NCBI GenBank assembly: GCA_964445165.1
Contig: CAYUJZ010000006.1
Coordinates: forward strand, 1 to 51,318
DNA from: an uncultured Methanosarcinales archaeon
GTDB lineage: Archaea > Nanobdellota > Nanobdellia > Woesearchaeales > JASKKU01
Length of the DNA stretch: 51,318 nucleotides
Reading direction: 5' to 3'
Both the position numbers and the translations under genes were made by a program. Below, piece by piece: positions 18,944 through 28,760 of this stretch. Each line of letters begins with the position of its first letter. Within the stretch, counting starts at the first letter, position 1. The notes beneath the pieces were generated by a model. It ran no database searches. It was given only the letters and a program-made list of their open reading frames with translations, and was not told the origin of the DNA.

Positions 18944-18986
18944 GATACCCTATCTTATTAATTCTTTCACAAAGTAAAATAAAACC

Positions 18987-19000
18987 TTTTCGAAGGAATA
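18987..19000 (+). repeat. Right copy of 14-bp direct repeat TTTTCGAAGGAATA
   Basis: Identical to 12024-12037; 44 nt after the hsdM stop. Confidence 0.65.
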
Positions 19001-19105
19001 AGCCATTCTTTATTTCTAAAATTAAGTAGTTCAATAATTGAATGAAATTTATAAATCTAATTTTTTTGCATTAACTTTTTTAAATAAAAGCAAATACCTT
19101 TAATT

Positions 19106-19555
19106 ATGGAAACCAAAGGCCGGGCCATCCGAGGCACAGGAGCAGTCATAACAGACACAGGCAAGCAGCTTTTCTACCTGCAAAGAAAATGCAAGCATTA
19201 CAAGCCAGAGGAATACAGGGGCGCTTATGCTTTTTTTGGCGGAGTTATAAATGGCGGAGAATCCTCCCGGGAGGCCTTGGAGCGGGAGCTTTCCGAGGAG
19301 TTTCAGCTACCGTTTTCAAGGATTGTCTCTGAGAGCCTAACTTTCCTTAATAACTTTGCAGTTGAATCAAAATACGGAAACTGCATTTATTCCCTTTATG
19401 AGTGCATTCTGGAAAAGCCAACCCTGGTTGACATGTCAAAGCTTGAAGCTCTCGAAGGGGAAGGAGTCCTTCTCACAAGAGACGAGCTGAAAGGAATAAA
19501 GATGATTTACAACCAGGAGTCTCTTTTGAGGGAGTACCTGAATGGGTTAAGATAA
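19106..19555 (+). CDS. NUDIX hydrolase
   Basis: Nudix box GGVINGGESSREALERELSEEF. Confidence 0.85.
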   Translation: METKGRAIRGTGAVITDTGKQLFYLQRKCKHYKPEEYRGAYAFFGGVINGGESSREALERELSEEFQLPFSRIVSESLTFLNNFAVESKYGNCIYSLYECILEKPTLVDMSKLEALEGEGVLLTRDELKGIKMIYNQESLLREYLNGLR

Positions 19556-19639
19556 AAAGAAACCTTTGAATCAGGCTTAATGATTCCACTAAAAGATGTT
19601 TTTTTAATCTCAATTTTGATGTTCTAGCCTGAATACTTT

Positions 19640-20623
19640 TCAAACCCTGTAAATCCCTTTATCATAATAGCATTCAAGCCTGTACTTAAAATCGTTCTTT
19701 TTCTCAACCTGCTTCATTATCTTTCCAAATTCCTGCTCTGATATGTTTCCCAGGACCTCAAGGCAAATGCTTCTTCTTTCCCCGTTCTGGTGGCAGATAA
19801 TCTCAAGCGGGGGAAAGTTCATTTTCTTGGCATAATGCTTAATAGATTCCTTTACCTTATGCTGAACCTCTGGCGGGGTCCTGTAAATAGTCAGCCAGTA
19901 AGACTTGTACTCCTTAAGCCTTTCTTCTATTTTTTGCGCAGTGTCCAGAATCTTCTCACCAATGAAGCTATGGAGCATTTCTTCATTTTCTGAAGGCGCC
20001 CATACTGAGCTGGCACCTTTCCTTCTGTCTTTGATTGTGCCTTCCATTAGCTTGATGTATTCCTGCTTTTCATCCCTTTTTATCATATAAGGCGGGTATC
20101 CCTTCTGGGCAAGCAGGAGATTAGAAACAAGCCTTGCAGTCCTGCCGTTGCCGTCTTCATAAGGATGAATATTTACAAGTTGTATGTGTGCCTCAAGAGC
20201 CTTTAAGAGGATATGGCTGCCCTGGGATTTTATATACTCAAATAAACTGTAGAGGAGGTAGGGCACTTTCTGTTTTTCTTCGCCATTGAATGGCCCATAA
20301 TCTACTTCTACCCTTCTTAAACTCTTGTAGGGGTGTTTTTCTGGCTCAATAATGTGCCCTAACTCATAGAAGGTTTCAGGCTTTATTCCGGTTTCAGAAA
20401 GCCACTTCCACGCTACCATTATGTTCTGATGGTCCCTTTTGAGTTTTTTTCTTCCTTTACTATCTAGATAATCAGCTTCTTCTATCTCAAGGTCAACGGA
20501 GTGCCTCATTGCCTCGCGAAAAAGGTTTTCGTCTATTCTTGATTTTAGGGTCTTAGAATACTTTGGATGAATGTTAATCCTGTCTACGATGTCGTCAATT
20601 GAAGCGATGAGTTCCTTTTTCAT
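19640..20623 (-). CDS. Fic family protein
   Basis: Canonical HPYEDGNGRTAR motif; N-terminal SVDLE may be the auto-inhibitory motif. Confidence 0.9.
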   Translation of the reverse strand: MKKELIASIDDIVDRINIHPKYSKTLKSRIDENLFREAMRHSVDLEIEEADYLDSKGRKKLKRDHQNIMVAWKWLSETGIKPETFYELGHIIEPEKHPYKSLRRVEVDYGPFNGEEKQKVPYLLYSLFEYIKSQGSHILLKALEAHIQLVNIHPYEDGNGRTARLVSNLLLAQKGYPPYMIKRDEKQEYIKLMEGTIKDRRKGASSVWAPSENEEMLHSFIGEKILDTAQKIEERLKEYKSYWLTIYRTPPEVQHKVKESIKHYAKKMNFPPLEIICHQNGERRSICLEVLGNISEQEFGKIMKQVEKKNDFKYRLECYYDKGIYRV

Positions 20624-20669
20624 CAGCCCTGTTAAGCTATATGCCTTTATATATTTTTTGTTTTTGTGA

Positions 20670-21752
20670 CTACTTTAAGGAAACAAATTGCTGGGGTTTG
20701 GAGCATTTATGCCTGTCAACAATATCTTCGAGGATGATTTTATCAGAGCCGAACTTCCCCATGTGCGGTCCGCTTCCCTTTGGCCCGTGGCAGTCAGAGC
20801 CCAATGTTGTAATCAGGCTCAGCTTGGAAGCAAGCCTGGAAAAGTACCTGTTAATGAGCTCCTGGTCATCTGCATGCGGCTTGTCATTTCCACTATAGAG
20901 ATAAAGCTCAACCCCGTCTAAACCGTGTTTTTTAAGGTCTTCAATAAATTTCAAAGGCGTTAGTGCTTTCTCAGAAGAAGAAAACCAATTATCCTCATCC
21001 TTTTCCCATTCCTTAATCATTCCGTTTTTATAGCCTTTTGATAACCCCGGATGCGCAACAACAGCAATCCCCCCGGCATTTTTCACAGCATCAATAGCCT
21101 CATAAAAACTGGGTTTTTTGTTTTCATTGTTCTCAAACAAAAAGCCATACTCTTTTTTCAGCTCCTATAAAAATTCCCTGTTTACAGATTTAGACTTTCT
21201 CTCGCCCTCAGGATCGCCTGAAAAATTCTCAGCAATGTACTTAACAACATCAATCTTGGACAAAAGCGGCTCAGGGTTGTTGTAATTGTCTTTTTTATTC
21301 TTCCAGTCAATTAACTCTTCTACAGAAAGCAGAGCAGGCATCTTTAAAGGAAACCTGCTTCCTCTGTTTTTCTCCTCAAAATCCGGAGAGCTGAAATATT
21401 TATTTAAAGCCTTAATGTAATGTTCTAAAGACCTCTTTCTCTCATCAGCCCTTTTTCTAGTGAATTCTAAGATTTTATCATTTATCCCAAGGCTAAGCAG
21501 CTCGATGTCTTTTACTTTGCCTTTTTCAGACTCATACTCGGCATCAATTTCGATGCCCAGGATAACAATTGCCTCTTGGCTGTAGCTTTCTTCTATTACT
21601 TCAGGAAGCCCATAGATAGTGTCATGGTCAGTTAGGGCAATTGCCTTAGGCCCTCTTGCCCTGGCTTGCCTCACAACTTCACTCGGTGCCCAGGCACCAT
21701 CTGAGGCTTTTGAGTGAATATGTGTATCCATGATTATGTTAGGCTTTCTCAT
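20670..21752 (-). pseudogene. PHP-domain phosphoesterase interrupted by one in-frame TAG (21165-21167)
   Basis: N-half has DTHIHSKASDG and ALTDHDT; C-half has GGIAVVAHPG, GLDGVE and GSDCHG; halves are in one frame: REFL*ELKKEYGFLFEN. Confidence 0.8.
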
Positions 21753-21804
21753 AATCGAATAGGATAAGGGAGAATTATTTATATTGTTTTGTTTTTTTTT
21801 GCAA

Positions 21805-22575
21805 CTAACGAGTAGTCTTTTTCTTGATTTTCTTTAGTGATTCTTCTTTGCTTATAATCCTTTTTCCGTCTAGGTACTTAACCTCTTTTACTTTAAGGCT
21901 GCCAACACAGTCCTGGGGAGAATTAAGCATAAGCTCACGTACGCCCCAGAGATCAAGCGATTCAGAAAAACTCTCCATTACAAATATAGCAGTAGAAAGG
22001 CATTTTCCATTGTAGCCTCCGGCAAAAAAAACAGAGTCTTTCCTGTACTCATAAAGCCCTCTATCTTCAATCGGCATTCCTGAATCGTACTCAGTAAAAA
22101 AAACAGAGTCAACAAAGCCTTCCTCTAAAAGCGAGCTTGTAGAAGCAGCATAATGATGTATAGTGTCAAAAAGCACAACCTTAGCACCCAGCTCCTGAGA
22201 CTGCTCTACGAAATCAATAAGCTCATCAAGATAATCATTCATCTCGGAGAGTGCATCTTCACCACTAACTTTGTCAGGGTGGCTGAGATGGGCATAAAAA
22301 GGGTGCACAAGCATTACAGTTGCATCAAGGTTTTTTTCTCTTTGATTTGAAAATGCGCCTGCATGTGCTCTGCATTCTTTAAGCAGTTTCCTGTCTTCCC
22401 CCCAAAGGTACTTGGAGCCACATTCTGGGATGCGCTCCTCAAGGTTCTTTTTTATGTGCTCCTCAAACTTTCCAAAATAAGGATGATTAAACTCTAAGAA
22501 CCTTTGATTTGTTGCAAGGCTCCTATACCTTAAAGGAATATAGCTGTTTATATCTTCAGCACTTTCGGATTCCAT
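21805..22575 (-). CDS. Hypothetical protein (weak resemblance to cysteine-hydrolase fold)
   Basis: Long ORF; LVHPFY and FAGGYNGKCLSTA segments; function not assignable. Confidence 0.55.
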   Translation of the reverse strand: MESESAEDINSYIPLRYRSLATNQRFLEFNHPYFGKFEEHIKKNLEERIPECGSKYLWGEDRKLLKECRAHAGAFSNQREKNLDATVMLVHPFYAHLSHPDKVSGEDALSEMNDYLDELIDFVEQSQELGAKVVLFDTIHHYAASTSSLLEEGFVDSVFFTEYDSGMPIEDRGLYEYRKDSVFFAGGYNGKCLSTAIFVMESFSESLDLWGVRELMLNSPQDCVGSLKVKEVKYLDGKRIISKEESLKKIKKKTTR

Positions 22576-22729
22576 TTTTTGAGGTGTGCTTTTCTCATTC
22601 TTAAAGGCTTTGTTTTTAATCACTCGGCAAGGACTACCAGAATTGTTTTTAACAAGAGACCTTTTTCACTTTTCCTGATTTTTATTGGAAAAACAAACCT
22701 TTAAAAACTAAATTATACCCTATCCGGAA

Positions 22730-24010
22730 ATGAGCTGCAAAAGCACGTCATTCCTATTATTATTTCTGGCGATTTTAGCATCGCTTTTATTCACTGGCTG
22801 CGATGAGTTTTTCACATCAACAGACCCATGCAAAGGCGACCCTAACCCAAACAGCTGCTATATGCGGGTGGCTGCGCAAATGAATAGCTCTTTTTATTGC
22901 GGGAAGATTGGCTCACAGGATGAAAAGCCGGACAAGAGCCTTATCTCATTGAAAGACGAGTGCTATTCTACGGTTGCAATGAACACAGGCGACTACTCGA
23001 ATTGCGATGAGATCGTTGGGGGCAAGGATTCTAAGCATACAAGAGACAGCTGCATACTCTCGGTTGCAACAGCAAAAGAAGACCCGGTTGCATGCACGCT
23101 TCTCACAGGAAAGAGCCAGAGAGAGTGCTTTGACAAGCTTGGCTCAATGATTAAAATCTCAGACTTTGAAAGCCTCCAGGAAAAGATAAACAGAATGGAA
23201 GAAGCAGTAAGGAATAATCCAAGAGACCGGGACTTAAGGGATGAGCTGAAAAAGCTCAAGGAGCAGAAAGACACTATATACAATAACGCCCCGGGAATTG
23301 TGCAAAGGGATTATTTCAGGCAGCAGAGAGAAGAAATACTGTCTAGTATCTATGATGAGGATGTTCGCCGGGCAATTGCAAAGGATTATATAAAATACAG
23401 GAATGAGGTTGGTGAGGAATCCATAACCCAGCTTCTGGAAGGCTTAAGCCAGATAAAAGAAACCCAGGATACGATAAAAAGAATTGATGAGCAGGCAAAT
23501 GCCCTGATTGACAAGCTCAAGGAAGGCGCTATTGATTATGCAAAGGATGGCGCCGGGGTTGTAGCAGAGGAAGGCTGGAAATGGGCTTGGCAAAGAAGCA
23601 GTGAGAACATGAAATGGGAGATGGCCCGCCTGGAAGGGCTTAAAGACAAGTACGACAAGGCAAGCGCCCAGTACCAGGCAATAAATAAAAAAATCCAGCA
23701 GTTCAAGAAGATATATGATGAGGTAAATGGCGTTTACAAGCAGGTGAAGAAGTTTGATGACCTGCTCGCACAGAGAAAAATACAGGAAGGCCATGCTGAG
23801 GTTCTTAAGGGAGCAGTTTTCCTTGGTAAGGGCCTTGAGTACGCAACATCATATGTCCCTGTATTCGGAAGCACTGCTTCAACCATATCAAAAGAAACAT
23901 TTGAGGTAGTGGTTAAGCTTGCAACAGAAAGGGCGCAGAGAAGCACCTCGCTTGAGGACTGCTTTTCTGACCCTGCAAACTGCGATACCGATGGAATTAC
24001 AGCATACTAA
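22730..24010 (+). CDS. Predicted lipoprotein with Cys-rich repeats and coiled-coil C-terminus
   Basis: Lipobox LLFTGC; repeated C(Y/I)..VA.......C units; long helical region. Confidence 0.75.
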   Translation: MSCKSTSFLLLFLAILASLLFTGCDEFFTSTDPCKGDPNPNSCYMRVAAQMNSSFYCGKIGSQDEKPDKSLISLKDECYSTVAMNTGDYSNCDEIVGGKDSKHTRDSCILSVATAKEDPVACTLLTGKSQRECFDKLGSMIKISDFESLQEKINRMEEAVRNNPRDRDLRDELKKLKEQKDTIYNNAPGIVQRDYFRQQREEILSSIYDEDVRRAIAKDYIKYRNEVGEESITQLLEGLSQIKETQDTIKRIDEQANALIDKLKEGAIDYAKDGAGVVAEEGWKWAWQRSSENMKWEMARLEGLKDKYDKASAQYQAINKKIQQFKKIYDEVNGVYKQVKKFDDLLAQRKIQEGHAEVLKGAVFLGKGLEYATSYVPVFGSTASTISKETFEVVVKLATERAQRSTSLEDCFSDPANCDTDGITAY

Positions 24011-24019
24011 GGCATAAAA

Positions 24020-24886
24020 ATGGCAACCACCGCAATAAAAACTCTTGGAATTGCAATTGCGCTTCTATTGATAGTCCCTTTGGCATTTGCTGCCAGCCAG
24101 GAAAGGCAAATTGACTCAAAGAATGCTGAGATTCTTGAAAAGCTGCTTGAGCTTGACGGGGTAAAGGCAGAAGAAATCTCTATATCCGGAAACACAATCT
24201 TTGTAAGCATAGAGGCAAGCGGCGCAGACAGCTATGACACAGAGCTAATTGCCTGGTGGGCTTCCATATTCGCAAACTCAGCACTGCTAAGAGGGCATGA
24301 AAAAGATTACCTGTTTATTGTAATAGAAAATACTGTGAATAAAGTTCCCTATGCATATGTAAGCGTTGCAACAGTAACAGTGCACGACCTTATGGAAGGC
24401 ATAATCAATGACTTGTTGTTTTGGGATGAGGTTTTAATCTCAGAAAAAAACCCAAGGGAAAGAGATATCGCAGAGGCATCCGGGCTCCCCTCAGAGCTTG
24501 TATACCAGTCAGAAGGAAAAAGGATTAGTTCGGGGTTTCTCACAGCTTTGCTTTGGGTTGCAATTGTGGTTGCATTGGCAGCCGGGCTTTTTTTTCTGTT
24601 TAAGAAAAACCCGGACAAGGCAAAAAAGGCATTTGCCAGTGTTAAGAAAAAATCAGCTGAGGCATGCAAGGCAATAAAGCACGCTTCAAAGAAGCATGGC
24701 AGCAAGGCAGCTAAGTCAATAGCTCATCATTCAAAGAAGTTGGCCCACCATGTGAAAGACAAAAGCAAAAAGCTATCGGAAAAGGCAACCGAGCAGGCTA
24801 AAAAGCTGAAGGAAGCAAAAAAGCAAAAAAAGCTCGAGCCAAAAGCAGAAGAAAAGAAAGAAGAGAGCAAGGACAAGAAAGATTGA
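24020..24886 (+). CDS. Membrane protein with signal peptide, TM helix and Lys/Ala/His-rich tail
   Basis: N-terminal signal, TM around aa 170-195, highly basic low-complexity C-terminus. Confidence 0.7.
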   Translation: MATTAIKTLGIAIALLLIVPLAFAASQERQIDSKNAEILEKLLELDGVKAEEISISGNTIFVSIEASGADSYDTELIAWWASIFANSALLRGHEKDYLFIVIENTVNKVPYAYVSVATVTVHDLMEGIINDLLFWDEVLISEKNPRERDIAEASGLPSELVYQSEGKRISSGFLTALLWVAIVVALAAGLFFLFKKNPDKAKKAFASVKKKSAEACKAIKHASKKHGSKAAKSIAHHSKKLAHHVKDKSKKLSEKATEQAKKLKEAKKQKKLEPKAEEKKEESKDKKD

Positions 24887-24975
24887 TTATTTCTGCACAA
24901 GCTTGTTAAGTTAGGCAGTAACCTTCTATCAGTTAAGAGAAACTATTTAAGCAGTTCAGAGGAAAAGATAGCTGA

Positions 24976-25416
24976 ATGAACACATTTCTCATCTTCGTCT
25001 GGATTTACCTGGCGGTCATTGCAATGTCTTTCTGGGAAGCTTATGTCGAGGGCAGGAATTCCTGGGACAAGAAAAAGCTCGGATGGAAGTTCAGGATAGG
25101 AAAGAGATTCGTGCTTACTGCTTACCACTTCTACATCTTCTGGGTGATGTGGCCGCTTATGCTTACCTTGCCTTTAATAGTTTACGGATGGAATACAAGG
25201 CTGTTTGGAATAATCCTTAGCGCTTATTTCTCTGGCCTGGTTATTGAAGACTTCTTTTGGTATGTTGTAAACCCAGAGGTTAAGCTAAGGGAGTTCTGGT
25301 CAAGCTTCTCAGACTATTATCCCTGGCTCAGAATCAAGGGAGTGAAGATACTCCCATGGGGCTATATCTTAGGCATTCTCATGTCAGTTGCATGCTGGCT
25401 TTTGCTGTGGAGGTAA
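24976..25416 (+). CDS. Hypothetical multi-pass membrane protein
   Basis: Four hydrophobic segments; Trp-rich; EDFFWYVVNP motif. Confidence 0.7.
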   Translation: MNTFLIFVWIYLAVIAMSFWEAYVEGRNSWDKKKLGWKFRIGKRFVLTAYHFYIFWVMWPLMLTLPLIVYGWNTRLFGIILSAYFSGLVIEDFFWYVVNPEVKLREFWSSFSDYYPWLRIKGVKILPWGYILGILMSVACWLLLWR

Positions 25417-25439
25417 GAAAAATAAAAGAAAAATCAGGG

Positions 25440-25949
25440 TTACTCATCACCTATCATTTCATGCTGCTGCTTCTTCAGGTCGTCCTCAATCTCCTTGAGC
25501 AGCTTAGCCCTGTCCTTGATGCCGGTTGAGCCGAAGCTTTTGTCGCTTCTCTCAGTGTCAGGCAGCTCATCCACTTCCTCCACATCAACCCTTGCTGCAG
25601 GCACGATTATCATCTGCGCGATTCTCATGCCCTTTTCAACCATAACCTCGTTTTCCCCAAAGTTTACCAGCCCGATAGTAACCTCTCCCCTGTACTCAGG
25701 GTCAAAAGTTCCGGCCACAGTATGAACATTCATCTTGCTGACAATGCCAGCCCTGTCCCTGATTAGGCCAACATGGTTTTCAGGGATTATTACAGCAACT
25801 CCTGTCTTTACATGCTTCTGCTCCATGGGCTTAAGCGTAACATCCTCGTTAGACCTGAAGTCCAGCCCCACATCAGACTCATACATGTACTCCGGAAGCT
25901 CAGCATTATCAGACAGCTTTTTTACCTTTATGCTCAGTTCTCTTGCCAT
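25440..25949 (-). CDS. dut: Trimeric dUTPase
   Basis: GLDF, KTGV, GTFDPEYRGE, RIAQMII and FGSTG motifs. Confidence 0.9.
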   Translation of the reverse strand: MARELSIKVKKLSDNAELPEYMYESDVGLDFRSNEDVTLKPMEQKHVKTGVAVIIPENHVGLIRDRAGIVSKMNVHTVAGTFDPEYRGEVTIGLVNFGENEVMVEKGMRIAQMIIVPAARVDVEEVDELPDTERSDKSFGSTGIKDRAKLLKEIEDDLKKQQHEMIGDE

Positions 25950-26267
25950 TTTAGCTGGCCTGGATTCAGCTCTTTATAAATTTAACTCAAAAAGAAGGGA
26001 AATAATGATACAATTAGCTTTAGCGGTGAGCAGGTAAAAGTCCGCGTTTAAATGAAGCTTCCTGTTCTCTCCGGAATTGAAGTAGTTAAAAGGCCAGTCT
26101 TCTAAGGAATATGCTTTATAACATCGCTTAGGTTGCTTGTTTGCACCACATAACTCGCTACCTTCTTTAAATCACCTGAATCTGAATTGAAGGCTCAATA
26201 AAGCAAAAAAGCATCTCCCTCCTTAGAAAAGAGATAAAAAGCGTCAGGGATTTTTTCAGTTAAGCGT

Positions 26268-27563
26268 TTACCCAAGCACAATCTTCTTAATCTCATCAAT
26301 TTTGTCAAGCCCAGCCAGCTGCTCTTTTCCTGTCTTCATATCCTTTAGCTTCAGCTTTCTGGACTTAAGCTCTTCCTCGCCGATAAACGCAACGAACGGA
26401 ATCCCCTGCGTGTTGGCATAGTCAAGGTTTTTGCTCACGCCCCTTCCGCTCAGGTCTACCTCGGTTTTTACTCCTGCATCTCTCAGCTTCTCAGCAATCG
26501 CCAAAGCCTCATTTCCAATCCCAATTGGGATTATAAAGATATCAGTAACAGTGCCTCTTGCCTCTTCCTGCCTGTCTTCAATAGCATCGTAAATCCTGGA
26601 CAGCCCAAACGAGATGCCAACACAGGGAAACTCTTTTTTAGACTCAAGGAACTGCGAGATTATCCTGTCATACCTGCCCCCGGCAGCCACAGAGCTCCTG
26701 ATTTTGCTTTCAGGCAGGAAAACCTCAAACACAGTGCCGGTATAAAACGAAAGCCCTCGGGACAGGCTCGGCTCAAACACATAATTCTTTATGCCATACG
26801 CATCAAGAAGCGAGAAAAGCTCCTCAAGCTCCTGAATCCCTTCCTTTCCGGATTCAGAAGTGATCTCTTCTTTTAGCATCCCAATCTTTTCCTTATTAAT
26901 TCCCTTTAGGGAAAACAGGTCAAACAGCTTAAACACCTGGCTCTCGCCCATTCCCAAGCCAGAAAGCTCTTTTTCAATCTCGCTTCTGCTCACTTTTTCC
27001 AGCTTGTCAATCGCAAGAATAATTTCTTCTTTATTATTTTCAATCCCGATAGACTCAAGAATCCCGTTCAGTATTTTTCTGTTGTTGACACAGATTTTGC
27101 ACTCAAGCCCGAAAGCATCGAAAGCCCTCTTGGCAATCGCAAGAATCTCAGCATCAGCAGGCACCTGCTTAACCCCTACAACATCAACATCACACTGCAG
27201 AAACTCCCTGTACCTTCCGGCACCCACAGGCCCGTCTCTCCACACCTTGTCAATCTGGTACCTCTTGAAAGGCATCTTAAGCGAAGGGTTCATCCCGACA
27301 ACCCTGGCAAAAGGCACAGTAAGGTCATACCTAAGCCCAAGGTCCCTTCCCCCTTGGTCGCTAAGCTTAAATGTCTCCTTAAGAATCTCAGCCCCTCCTG
27401 CATACTTCGCAGAGAGCACATCAAGCCTTTCAATAGCAGGCGTGTCAAGCGGGGAAAACCCATAAAGCTCAAAAATTCCCTTAAGCCTGTCAATCATTCT
27501 CTGTTTCCTGATCATATCCTGCGGAAGTGAGTCCTTCATTCCTTTAGGAAGGCTAAGCTTCAT
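26268..27563 (-). CDS. hisS: Histidyl-tRNA synthetase
   Basis: PKGMKD, LRYDLTVPFAR, GRYREFLQCDVD, RGLSFYTG, AGGRYD; anticodon-binding C-terminal domain. Confidence 0.96.
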   Translation of the reverse strand: MKLSLPKGMKDSLPQDMIRKQRMIDRLKGIFELYGFSPLDTPAIERLDVLSAKYAGGAEILKETFKLSDQGGRDLGLRYDLTVPFARVVGMNPSLKMPFKRYQIDKVWRDGPVGAGRYREFLQCDVDVVGVKQVPADAEILAIAKRAFDAFGLECKICVNNRKILNGILESIGIENNKEEIILAIDKLEKVSRSEIEKELSGLGMGESQVFKLFDLFSLKGINKEKIGMLKEEITSESGKEGIQELEELFSLLDAYGIKNYVFEPSLSRGLSFYTGTVFEVFLPESKIRSSVAAGGRYDRIISQFLESKKEFPCVGISFGLSRIYDAIEDRQEEARGTVTDIFIIPIGIGNEALAIAEKLRDAGVKTEVDLSGRGVSKNLDYANTQGIPFVAFIGEEELKSRKLKLKDMKTGKEQLAGLDKIDEIKKIVLG

Positions 27564-27690
27564 CTTTTTCACCTTAGTCTTAGCATTATTCTCATCCTCA
27601 AGGATTCAGGATACTTTAAAAACTTGTTGGTAGATAGCCGGAGCTGCAAAAAAATAAGCTTTTTAACCTTGATTTTCACCTACTATAAGT

Positions 27691-28754
27691 ATGCCTATAT
27701 TCAACCCTGTCTAAAAGAACATAGCTGTGTCGCTTTATGGGATAAACCTAATTCCAAACCGCCAGATTAACCACCAGTTCTCAGTTGCTAACCTGAAGAA
27801 AATCATTCAGGAGAGCAACGCAAACATTGATGGCAGGCTAACAGGCCTTAACGAAAACCCTCAGGAGAAAACCAAGCCTGAAGAGATAGACAAGAAAAGG
27901 TATGTCGCGATGCTTTCAGAGAGCACAGCTTCAGTCTCCATATTTCCCAAGCAAAAATATGCATCGTTTTTCCTGTCCACCTTTGGTTTACCTAACCCAG
28001 TGCTCTCCCTTGACCTGTTAATCTCGCTTTTCCTGCTATGAAAGCCGAGATAAGAATCTTTATGTCTTCCTCAATAAGCACAGTCCTTGGAACCCTCTCA
28101 GCAGATGAAGAAGAGTTCTGGAGCAGGTTTGATGAGCAGCGTGTCTCTTATTTTTACACGATGAAAAGTGCAGAGAAAGACAAGAACGGCATATACTTTG
28201 ACCTTTTTAGCGAGCTTCATGAACTAAAGCCAATCCCTCTTCTTGATGAGAAAAGCAGCCCTGTTGAAAAGATCATGATAGTGTCAATGTACGACTCAGA
28301 CATGGATAAGAGAGCTAAGAGAAAGGTGCTCCCTCCAAGAGCTGGAAGGAATAATTGAAGAAACAGGCAATAAGGTAATTGGAAGAATGTCCGAGATTTT
28401 TAAGCCGCTTGACAATTCAGGCATTGAAGGCTTTAGTTATGTAGGCATGATGGACAAGGCCAGGCTGCTTACCATGTAACCCCAGAGCATGCTTACTCCT
28501 CTTTTTACATCTCAGGATATTCAGACACAAACCCTTACAGGTCACTAAAGCCCTTGCTTAGCCTTTTTAGCCCTCAGAAAGCAGAGGTAAGAATCATTGG
28601 CTCATCCCCGCTTGACAAGATCGATAAAATCTCTTACAGGGACTCAGCGAATTTCTGGGAAGAGTTCCAGAAAGAGGAAATCCCATCATCTTTTCAGATA
28701 AAAGACCTTGAGAAAGCCACAAACGAGCTTTATCTTGAGTTGGTTAGAGAATAG
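27691..28754 (+). pseudogene. Decayed two-domain S-adenosylmethionine decarboxylase-like gene
   Basis: Reconstructed across one stop (27712) and about three frameshifts: FNPV*K, YVAMLSEST, then a second repeat with PVEK, FKP..GFSYVG and HVTPEHAYSSF. Confidence 0.65.
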
Positions 28755-28760
28755 CATCAA

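Larger units (their letters stand above)
12024..19000. mobile_element. AT-rich defence island (type I R-M plus DUF3800 module)
   Basis: Visibly more AT-rich than the flanks; bounded by a direct repeat; ~150 nt downstream of tRNA-Gln; no integrase in the window. Confidence 0.6.

Noticed and set aside
25975-26225. Possible gene remnant on the minus strand between hisS and dut, with an AGGAGG-like SD
   Set aside because: Frames are broken by stops and no family motif is recognisable.
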